The notes beneath the pieces are model-generated. The model worked only from the letters and a program-made list of their open reading frames with translations. It did not search any database and was not told where the DNA came from. Shown here piece after piece: positions 38,855-49,300 of a DNA stretch of 64,000 nucleotides (position 1 is the stretch's first letter; each line of letters begins with the position of its first letter). The position numbers and the translations under genes were made by a program. Origin of the DNA: Amphiscolops sp. MND2022 (taxonomy: Eukaryota); assembly GCA_964187785.1 (NCBI GenBank), contig OZ076409.1, positions 77,874,001 to 77,938,000 of the forward strand. Direction: 5' to 3'.

Positions 38855-41800
38855 TCAATCGAGCTCTGACTTGGAACCCGGCCGTTTTCTAGACGGCTTT
38901 GAACTCTTCGTGGCATCCCTTTTCTGACTCTTCGCCGAATCCTTGACGACAAGCTTAGGGGAGGCCTCTTTCCGCACAGCTGACTCTTTACTAGTGGGTT
39001 TCGCCTCCTTCTTCTGTCCCAAAATAGCAGCTAATGCAGACTCAGCAGTATATGAGCGTTGTTTTGACGTCCCAACTTCAGAACCTGACTCTGAAGAAGC
39101 AACAGCAAATGAGGAACTCGGCAACACAGCACGAGGAGAATTACAGGCACTTGACTTGCCCGAACCACCTGAATCAGAGAACTGAACATGACGCGGCTGC
39201 CGATTCGCACTATGAAGCTGCTTAGTAGCCTCGCTCTTCTTGCAACTCAGATAAGCATCAAAAGCTGACGAATACTTCTGGACGAAAGATGAACGTTCGC
39301 CAATCGCCAAGCCCTCCCACGGATCAAAACCAGCACACGACATGAAATTGCGACTGCTAGCGATCGCATCACGAACACACTCCATCGTGCCTTGAGTGAA
39401 GAAAGCACCCTGTTTGTAATCAGGAGAGGACACATGACTCTGGACGCCCCTCAAACACGACATCACGACAGCAGCAGGAACAGCACAATCTTTCAAGTCA
39501 ATCTCAATATCAGGCATCTTCCTCTGAGGGCGATCTATCACCAAGCAGCATACTTTCAAGACTCGCACCAGACTCCTTCGCGACATAAAACTGTAATCAG
39601 AGAGCAAATAAACAGTAACATCTTTATTCTGTTCTGCGCTTCTCTCTGAGTCACGATGTCGCGTCCTAGCACTGACGACAAACGTAGCAAATTCCTCACG
39701 ACTAGTCAGGGCATCACTACTGGAAAGACAGCCACAACGGTCAAGCACACGAACCAGCCGAGAGAACAGCTGGAAGATATGGCGATCGTCCCCCTCTAGC
39801 AGCAACTCAGGACAGAAGCAATACAGACCCTGAAGGAAATCGGAGGACACGACCTGCTGACTCAAGATCACGTCAACCAAACGATCGACGAATTCCCGAC
39901 AGCGATTACGAAATTCGCACACCTCGCTGGTACTTGATCGATGCAACTCAGCTCCGAACTCATGATTGGTCAAGAAGTCGTCACTGCTAATCTTTTCAAA
40001 CGACTCCAATTTTGAAGAATCCATGTAAGATTCCCAATCGTCGAGAGGTGGCAGACTAGACAACTTGCGGCTACGGGTCAGCAAACAGTACACAAACTGG
40101 CATACTTCATTATACGCATGGAACGCGTAGTCAGCACGTCCAGACTTCTGCTTCTTGAAAGTGCAATGATCTAAACACAAGAGAAAACTAAGAACAAACT
40201 ATCGAAGACTACGTCACCTAGACGAAAACACGACAAAGTGACCACCATACTACACAACCTATCAAAGACTGGCCATACTAACGACGAAAGGGAAAAACCA
40301 AAAACAACTTACACAGATCAAGTACATGAAGCAACATCCCCAGTCGCAATTTGTTCGTCGTCTCGGAATAGACGAGCGTGTCAGTGCCCCGCATCTAAAT
40401 AACAACAGCAGAATGAATACCTAGCTCAACCGACCCAGTGACAATACTCTACCACAAGACTACAACTACCCCCGCGAAACAAAACATACCCACCTTATCG
40501 GACTCGCTCTTGATGTGTCGGGGACCCGTGTATCGGACGTACTCTCTGACAGTCTCCCAGATTGACATCAGCTCTGCCACGACCCCACGAAGCTCATCGA
40601 AGGCCACTTTTCCGGCAACTACACAGCGACGAAGTTCCGGCAAGTCTTCCATCCAGGGCTCCTGCAATGCACCGCGCAGACGCAGCATCAGGAAATCAAC
40701 CATGGTAGTGACTTCCAAAAGCCCAAAAATCTCCTGATGAGCCCAACGATAGCAATGGAGGAACACTTCTGGGGAGAACTCTCGGGCATACACAAAGCGA
40801 TGACCGTCGCTACGCTCGTCACTAAGCACCCGCAGAACTGAAGGACCAGTACCACGGACACTGATGGGGAAAGGAGATGAGGGCAGACTTGTGACAATAC
40901 GTGACAACGACGACAACTCTGATCGAGGCACTCGCTGACCCAAAGGCTCCACGTTGATGCAAATGTCCAGGAAAGTCTCCTCATCCCAAGTTTGCACGAA
41001 ACAATACTGGCCATCTGAACGCTCCTCAAATCGCACACTGTAGCAGTTGAAAGCTGTCACCCGGGAAGTGATGAAGCGCAACACCCGAGGAAACAAGGCA
41101 CGACAAATCAACGACTGAAACACAAATCCCTCAATCCACTTTACCAACCAACTATCTAAATACGACGACTACGTTACGTATACTACAGACTAATACTATA
41201 AAAACCTACTGACCAGTGTCTCAGGGCGATTCCAATGAAGACTATATAGAGGATTGTCAGGTCCCAGAGTAGCGCGAAAGTTGCCCCACAGTTTACGAAG
41301 CAAGACGTAGCTGCCGCCCCACCTACACAATTCAGCGACACAATTCACCATGGTGAGAAGAGGAATCGTCGAATCGACCCGAGTGCAAGCAGGCAACAAA
41401 TCTTCGGGGAAACTGAAACCCTCGTCTTTCTCGACTACGTCCTGACTGAGATACTCAGCCCGCTGCTCAGACGTCAACTCGAGAGGTTTCATCAGTTGAT
41501 CAAAGACTGGCATACCATGCTGCACTCGATATGCCACATCTCGTGTCCAATGGCGATCTCCGGAGAAATGACGAACGAACTCTCGTGCTCCACGAGACTG
41601 CATCGAAACATCGCGCTTACAGATCATACAGTGGAAACGCGATGCAGACCCGTTGCTGGCCCCACTGACGAACAAACTGAAGACTGGATGACTGCCCACC
41701 ATGTCCTTCCGCAAGTGATGACGACTGCTATATTTCCTGACAGGACTCTCACGCAGGGCGACAGCCTCCAGGCTACTCTCCATTCGGGACATGAGATCTT

Positions 41801-42994
41801 GCATCCCTATGTAACGACACAACTACGAACTAATACCACCCAAAACATGACTATAGCAACCGCACGACAACAGAAAATGCCCAAATGACGATTACGAAAC
41901 GTACCAATGAGAAAAGAAAGGAAAAGAGAAAACAATGAACACAATCATAATACAAATACTCACTCGCCAGAACAGGTCCAACTGCAGCACGTTCAACCTC
42001 CGGAATATCGCTAACTCCAGAGACGTCCTGAGCAGTACAATCACCAGAATCTACAAACAAAATCGATCCATACTCAAACTGTCATCACGACTCTCTAAGT
42101 TATGGTTACAAGAAAAGAAATCTTTATTACCGCTCACAGTCAGCTGAGCAAGCTGCAAGTTAGCCGTCTGGACGCGCACTTGTCGTTTTTTCTTGCCAGA
42201 AGACCCTGTCCCAGTTCTTTCAGCAGCAGTAGACGCGACTATAACATCAATATATTATACCAACGAAGATACAATCGTTAGAAGAAGAGAGGAAAGAGAA
42301 AGAAAAATGAAACACCAAAACTATCACACAATATAGACACCAAGATGATACTTCAAGCTTACCTCTCTTCCGCGATTCTGATTGCGCTAGGGCAGCACAA
42401 GTTTTTCCAAAACCCGGCAAGAAAGATGACAACCGAGGAGATCTGGAGGTCTGACTAAGGATCCCAGCTCTTGGAGTTGTCGCCCCGAAAACGTCATCAC
42501 CGCCCGCGGGGGGGATGTCATCTCGCCTCCGCAAGAAGAACCAACAGGTGGCTCAGGAAGAGTAATGCCAGGTTTTGACCTTGACACTTCAGGAGTCTCA
42601 GCACCACCAGAGACGGGAACAGAGGAAACACAAGGAGTACAAGCTGGACCCACTGAAGGGACCACACTAGAACTGACCGCAGGAGTGTCGTCCAAACCTA
42701 CGTCAGGAGGAGGAGGAGGTACCACCTTGGGCTCTGAAAGAAAAGTACAATCCCAACATCGACGCGTCAAGAAAAACTAAGCTGTGAAGATATGAAACAG
42801 AAAAGGCCTATCTGGAAGTAATATCATTCACTAAAGCTTAATGGATCAGGGAATAAAAAGTACTTACCAATTGCCCGCGAACGAACGTTGTCCGCGTCAC
42901 TATGACGCATTTCTCCCTCCGAAAACACGTACTGTGCCTCATGACCACTCTGGGCCCCAGGATCAGCAACAGAAGCAATTGGACGGGAGTCCAT
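38855..42994 (-). CDS. Spliced antisense accessory gene, 8 coding exons, ~1101 aa; C2H2 zinc finger plus hAT-transposase-like region; one 1-nt lesion at the G7 run 42508-42514
   Basis: Exons: 42994-42868, 42733-42363, 42238-42131, 42050-41964, 41806-41214, 41114-40494, 40394-40313, 40170-38855. Seven GT-AG introns (134, 124, 80, 157, 99, 99, 142 nt) with compatible phases (1,1,1,1,0,0,1) and T-rich acceptors. No internal stops. Confidence 0.82.
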
Positions 42995-43031
42995 CAAGAA
43001 ACAGCTGAGAATCTGAAAACAAACCCAAAAA

Positions 43032-43285
43032 TGACGTCATCATAACGGTGACAAAACTAAAGTTGGATGAGAACCAACGAAATTGACGTCGGCATAACGT
43101 CGGCAAAAGGTCATTAAGGTTAGAAAACTAATCATATGACCTACAATGACGTCATCATAACGGTGACAAAACAAAAGTTAGCTAAGCTAGCGAAAATGAC
43201 GTCAGCATAACGTTGACAAACTTGGCTGAACGGATTAATTCAATTTGCAGCCAATAAAAAACGACGTTGGCACAGCGTCAACACC
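43032..43285. promoter_or_regulatory. Array of five TGACGTCA-type ~24-bp repeats between divergent ORFs (putative bidirectional internal promoter)
   Basis: tgacgtc(a/g)(t/g)cataacg..(g/a)caaa at 43032, 43084, 43147, 43197, with a degenerate copy at 43262. CCAAT boxes at ~43251 and ~43319. Confidence 0.65.
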
Positions 43286-43437
43286 TGAAGATTAAAAAGG
43301 ATTAAAATGATTGTTTAACCAATCAGAATGGAGGGATTTATCCCAATATTCTCCTTAATCCTAATTAATCCCAAATTCATTGTGGAACAATTAAATACGA
43401 ACGACAGTTGCAAAAGGAAAGAAACCTCACAAAGAAG

Positions 43438-44130
43438 ATGAATAATCTACTAGATATATACGAATTGATCGACATCTCGTCGTCAAGCGAAGAGGAAGGT
43501 GAGATCACGAGGGCTTCTACCCCGCTACCTAGGGCCAACAAAGAATATCCCAGAATAATTGTCGAAATACTGAACTCATCTGCGGAAGCTACTGCAGATG
43601 AGGAAGAATTTCTCGACCTCTCTCTAGACTCCCTGGAAGCTGAATGCAAAAGAATGAAACTCAGCACGAGTTTCGAAACTGTGGAATCGGGTCAATACCC
43701 ACAGTCGGAAAGCCCCGAAGAAGAAGTAATGGCCGACTCTCCACAGAGCCCTGATGAGAGCTTGTCATCTGACATATTTGTTGTTGAACCCTCGGCAGAC
43801 GATAAAGAATCGACAACGAGCAGTAAAGTAGCAGAATATCTCGAACAAGTGCACCAGGAAGACGCCTCTTCTTACTTCAACACCCCGCCGGGAACGCCAA
43901 GGATGATAAATTTCTTGCAGGCAAGTCTTTTGAACGATTTGGAGAGGAGAGTACAGCCAGTCGCCACTACTCCGACAATTGCTTCACAGCTCAGAGCCCC
44001 GGGCAGAGTCAATCTTCCTACAAGAGCGGCCCTGTCACAGCCCGCTCCCGGTCTGGCTTGTGGTTGCAGACGACTGAAGATCGGGAGAGGTCACGGAGGC
44101 AATCTGAGATTCCCCAAATCTTTATTTTAA
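43438..44130 (+). CDS. Acidic, Ser/Glu-rich accessory ORF (230 aa) reading across the PPT into the 3' LTR
   Basis: Open from the ATG at 43438; low-complexity, probably disordered; no signal peptide or TM segment, so not env-like. Confidence 0.6.
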   Translation: MNNLLDIYELIDISSSSEEEGEITRASTPLPRANKEYPRIIVEILNSSAEATADEEEFLDLSLDSLEAECKRMKLSTSFETVESGQYPQSESPEEEVMADSPQSPDESLSSDIFVVEPSADDKESTTSSKVAEYLEQVHQEDASSYFNTPPGTPRMINFLQASLLNDLERRVQPVATTPTIASQLRAPGRVNLPTRAALSQPAPGLACGCRRLKIGRGHGGNLRFPKSLF

Positions 44131-46547
44131 CTGGTAACTTTAAAACCTTATCTTTGGAATAAACTGTGACTAAGAATACGAAAACGAACGCCCAACTTAC
44201 GAAAAGTTTAAACAAAAATGAGAACTTAAACTAAATTGAAATATATGATTTCACGCACATCCGGTAGGACGTCCTTAGTGCGACAAAATAGAAACATTCG
44301 CCACCTGAAAATTAAATTAAAACACGCAGTGAAATAAAGACCATAGACCGATCTAAATGAAAATATACCCAAAATCACCATTGGAAAAAGGACATTATCT
44401 GAATCTAAAATAGAAACTACATTGAGATGACACACTGAGATATTCACTCCTTTTCTAAGAAAGGCAGCTTAATTGCACTTTGAACAGCAATTAGTGCGGT
44501 TTAGGACGTCGGCACTGCGCTAAGTAAACAAAATAAAGAATACATGTATATTAGATGTCGGTAAGAAGCAGACTTGAAAGTATATAGTGTGACGTCACCG
44601 TTCCGTCCGCGCTCACTAGAGAACCATTCCAATTTACCGCCTATATTAGTGACACTACTTAAAATCATTCCAATTTTCCGCCATAGTGACGTCACGGTGT
44701 TGTCTTCTAGGCGCGGACTAATTCTTACTTCAAATTTGCGTCCACGTTACGTCCACTATTCTGGACCAGGCCTAATACTAATACGTACGTCCACGGTACG
44801 TCCAAATTCCATCAAAACAAGCTGTTTTAATCCATTCAAAAGTTATGATGAATATCAATCAAACTAATTAGTGCTAGGAATACGTTTAAAGTGTTTGGTG
44901 ATTTAACAAGACAATTAGTGGGGAATTTGAAGACCTACGCCACGTTTCCGTCAAACATTTCCTTTGCCGGGTTAATTCTGCTCTAAAACTTAAGTTGAAA
45001 TGGAAATCCCCGTATAATGTAGGTGAAAGTCACAGTTTACGGGCATGACGAAAGTAAATCGATAGTATTTTCGTTTTGGAAATGTATTTTCATATGTTTG
45101 TATTTTGTACTACATAAAGCGTGTGCTATTACCTTGTTGTGTTTAATTGGACGCCGGTACGTCGTCGTCCCCTAATCAGGATGGTCATTGCTTTAACCCC
45201 AATGTGCATAAATTCAGAATAAATGTTTGTGTTGCTATTGTACATTTTTGTAATGATTAAGATCTGATGATAAAAGGTTTTGAACTCTTACTTGTTCAGA
45301 AAATCCACAAAGTGCCGTTCTCACGTCGTCAAACTTTTTGTTCGAAATATTATTTTACGTGCAAGTTAAAATCTGTTGACAGAGTGTTATGTATATTCAT
45401 CGGATGAATGCTAAAAAAATATTAGTCAGCATTTGTGATTGAAATATTATTAAATTGGGGCAGAAGTCTGAATTAGACAATTTAGTCTATCAAGCCATCA
45501 AGCGTCAATGTGTCGTTGTTTTATTTTGTTAACCATTAATTATTTAATTTGAAACTAATTTGAGGTTGTTGCTAATTCTTTAATCTTGATCTCATTCCTT
45601 CTTAGCATCATTGGAAATTACAGAGCTGAAAACATTAGTCATAGCATTTTTCTCGAGCGAAATATCAAAATTCAGGCATTAGTTGTTCATGCCGGCGTCA
45701 CCTCAGCGTCAGTTTCTTACGAACCAAAGCAGCAAAACAGGGAAATATTTCCGGTTTGACAGACTGAAGTAATATCTACTTCCTGCTTGGGAGGAAACAA
45801 AAGGACGCCGAGCTGAAATAATATGATTACGGTTGATGACTAATGCTAGATTAGATTTGCCGTGTCTTAAAATTTGACGGAATGTCGACGCAAAATTGGG
45901 AACAAAATGATTTTTGCACCGAAAATACAGGAAATGACTAATTATTCGAAGGAAATTAGGACTTAACTCGTGATCAAATGATGCTAGGAGGGTATAAATA
46001 CGATGATTTTAGCTAACTAAGGGACTCAGTCTTTCGCAATTGTACAATTCAGTTGAATTTTCAATTTCACCAAAACCTTGCCTTGTTCTACTTTGTCAGA
46101 AAATATCTTTGAAAGAAATTCAATTCTTCAAGATCAAACTTTTCTACAAAATGTCAACAACAAGAAGCCAGAAAAGAAGGAACGATCAGCAAAGCACCAG
46201 TGAGAACGTAAGTGAAGGCTTGATTTCACCCATAGTAGTAGGAAATCCTTGTTCTTTAAACCAGGACGATGAGGTAGCGGGGCCTTCTAACCCAAAATCC
46301 CCCCGGATTGAAAACAGCCTCTTAGAAAGTTTAAGGGCTTCCTTGAAAGAGGAAATAACATCAGAGATTAAGAATCTTCTTGTCGAATCTCAGAAGGAGA
46401 TGTTGAAGCTCTTGAAACCTGAAACAAGGGGAAGTATTAGGGAGAATACTGAGGAAGAAGTAGAAGAGGAAACTAGAAACTTTTATACTCCTACAAAATC
46501 AGTGAGAATAAGTTCAACTCAAAACGACCCGATAACATGTCGTAACA
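44033..46547 (+). repeat. Gypsy 3' LTR (2515 bp), containing a duplicate of the first 132 gag codons (46151-46547)
   Basis: Direct repeat of 30056-32574, followed by TSD CTTAG. Confidence 0.98.
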
Positions 46548-47699
46548 CTTAGTAAAAAAATAAATTTGATCAGTGTGGTAGATTTCATTCAGAAGTATGG
46601 TTAACTGTATATGTTAACCATAGACGATTACTCAAAAGAAGCAGAAATCATTTGCAGAAATTGACAATTTCACCTATTTTCCTTATTCTTTCGGTATTTT
46701 GCTCATTAGCATTATATTTTCTCCAATTTATTCAGCAACCGTCAACCCTTCTTTGAGTGAGGGGCGATCCTTGTCAGAGTCGAAAGTTATGCAGATAGGA
46801 AGTGACAAGTTCGTACCCAACACTCTGGTTTTAACAATCAGCCATGTCTGGAATGCTGCCGAAATGGGAGACGCACAACCCTATGGAAAGATCTCTTGCT
46901 GCCCCCGCTTGGTTAAGAGTATACAACAAAACAATTTCACAGCCTAACTTTTTTTGGGAGGGGCGTCACTTTGGGAGGTTTGATTTTGCGGACATCACTT
47001 TTTATGATTAAAATCAAAGTTGAACGTATTGCAAAAATGATATCTTTATATATTGCACATTCTATCAAAAGCGGTTCAATCGGGATACTTCACCCGATCT
47101 TATATCGAAAAATGATACGAAAAACCTTCATGAGTGGAAAACTTTGAGTGATAAAATCTTAGAGAAAGGCCGTCTGAATGGAAGAAAAAACTACTAGAAA
47201 AGTCGAAAACTCAACATAGAATTGTTCATCGCGTATGTATATGAAGGAGTTGTCTGTCTCGGATGATGATGAAGTGACACTCGGATGTCTGTCTAGTTGG
47301 CGTAAAACAACTAGGTAATAAAAATGACAGTCCATGTGTGCCCGTGTCGACCCTCCATGGATATTTTAGTAAGACCTTGCCACGACCTGTTTAAGAGTCA
47401 AGTTACGTTTTATGCAGTTCGGTTCAATATTTGTCACCACGTTAAGTTAACAGTAGGAAAGTTTGAAACTGGAAATGTGTTAAGTGTGAGAGTTGTTATT
47501 TTCCGTCCATATTTCATATGGAAAAGGAAAATATTTAAATCAAACGGGTTTTTTCTACAAAATTTGCCAAGAATCCAATTTATATCCTAGCTAAAATGTT
47601 TCACCCAAAAAATTCAACTAATGTTAAGTTAGTATCATGCGGTATGCATTTGTCGAGAATTTTGGACTTTTTTTATCCCCAAAGACCCCAGAATGATCC

Positions 47700-49300
47700 C
47701 GAAACGACCCCTAAAATAGTAAAAAATGCAAAATTTTCCAATTTTTTGCAATTTTTGTCAAATTTTCGATAGATTTCGTGGCTTTGAATGTTGAAAACAA
47801 TCCAAAGAGAAGAAATTCATTATCCAAGAGGCTTTTTCAAAGAAACAAATGCACATTTTTATTGAAAATATGCCTTAAATTCAGACCAAAATTGACAAAA
47901 ATACTCGAAAATTCGAAAATTTTGAAAATTTTATGCAATTTTCGTCTATTTTTGCGAAAGACTTGGTGGCTTCCATTGTCAAAGAAGTTAAAAAAGATTT
48001 ATTGTCCGGCGGCTTCCTTGAAGAGATAAAAGCAATTGGTGTTGAAAAAATGCATCAAATTCGGACCGAAATTGACAAAAATACAAAAAATATCAAATTT
48101 TGGAAACTTTTATGCAGTTTTTGAAAGCCTTGGTGGCTTAAAATGTCTAGGACGTTCAAAAAGGAACACATTCGTTGTCGTGGAGGCTTCTTCGAAAAGA
48201 TATCAGCAATTGGTGTTGAAAAATGCATTAAATTCGGACCCAAATTGACAAAAATACAGTAAAATTCAAACTTTTCAAAATTTTATGCAGTTTTTGTGTA
48301 CTTTTCGAAAAACTTGGTGGCTTAGAATGTTTAAGACGTTCCAAAAGGAACAAATTTGTTGTCGTGGAGGCTTCTTTGAGAAGATAAAAGCAATTGGTTT
48401 TGAAAAAATGTATCAAGTTCAGACCGAAATTGACGAAAATACAAAAAAAATGATATTTTGAAAATTTTTTGCAGTTTTTGTGTACTTTTCGAAAACCTTG
48501 GTGGCTTAGAATGTTTAAGACGTTTCAAAAGGAACAAATTTGTTGTCGTGGAGTCTTCTTTGAGAAGATAAAAGCAATTGGTTTTGAAAAAATGTAAGAA
48601 GTTCAGACCGAAATTGACAAAAATACAAAAAAAATCAAAATTTTCGAAAATTTTATGCAATTTTTGTGTACTTTTTGAAAGACTTGGTAGCTTAGAAATT
48701 CAAAGACGTTCCACAAGGAACCAATTCTTTGTCAGAAAGGCTTTTGTTAAGAAATAAACAAAGTTTTCTAATGAAAAAACGCCCAATTTGTGACCAAAAA
48801 TGACACTTATTTGAAAATGTACCGATTCTTCACGTTTTCATGCAACTTTTTTCAGTTTCTAGTGATTTCAATGATCAAAACGTTAAAGGCGTTCAACCAC
48901 GAATGATTTCGTTGTCCAATAGGGTTGTTTGCGGAGATAAATGCAGTTTTGTAAAAAAAATTGCCACAAGGACCCTAAAATAGTCAAAATATCTTACTTT
49001 TTTTACAATTTTGTATTTTATAATGCAAAGTTTGTAAACGTTTCAACCTTTTCATGGATGCGAACTCTGAAACGATTCAACAAAAACTGAAGGCGTTTTG
49101 ATAGGTAGGCTTTTTGATAGGATAAGTGCCAGTTTCTTATAACAAACGTGCTTAAATTTGACTCAAAAATTGTCGAAAAGTCCAAAAATTTCAAATTAAT
49201 GTAGGTTCTTCTGTTATTTGAGTACAGTTTTTGAGAATTTGTTGGGTTAGATGGTTCAAAACAATCAAATCAGGTATGTAGTTTCCCTTCTTGATGAAAA
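47700..49300. repeat. ~184-bp tandem repeat array, degenerating toward both edges
   Basis: attgac anchor at 47891, 48071, 48244, 48429 and 48613 (spacing 173-185). More diverged units on either side; outer bounds approximate. Confidence 0.85.

Larger units (their letters stand above)
30056..46547 (+). mobile_element. Giant Ty3/Gypsy LTR retrotransposon (16,492 bp) with accessory genes
   Basis: LTRs 30056-32574 and 44033-46547 (TG...CA, ~99% identical by eye). Perfect TSD CTTAG (30051-30055, 46548-46552). PBS at 32575; domain order PR-RT-RH-IN. Confidence 0.98.

Noticed and set aside
40484..40493. Alternative donor gtatgt at 40489 for antisense exon 6
   Set aside because: Phase 1 leads to an immediate TGA in exon 7; gtgggt at 40493 keeps the frame.
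42131..42137. Alternative donor gtgagc at 42137 for antisense exon 3
   Set aside because: It gives phase 0 and puts exon 4 in a frame incompatible with exon 5; the donor gtaata at 42130 keeps the frame.
43032..43285. Regularly spaced repeats resembling a CRISPR array
   Set aside because: Repeats are degenerate, the spacers are related to each other (115-bp dimer), there are no cas genes, and the context is a eukaryotic retroelement.
43408..44130. env gene in the canonical third-ORF position
   Set aside because: No signal peptide, furin site or transmembrane segment; the protein is acidic and low-complexity.
47778..48660. Cluster of Lys/Phe-rich ORFs
   Set aside because: By-product of the 184-bp tandem repeat.
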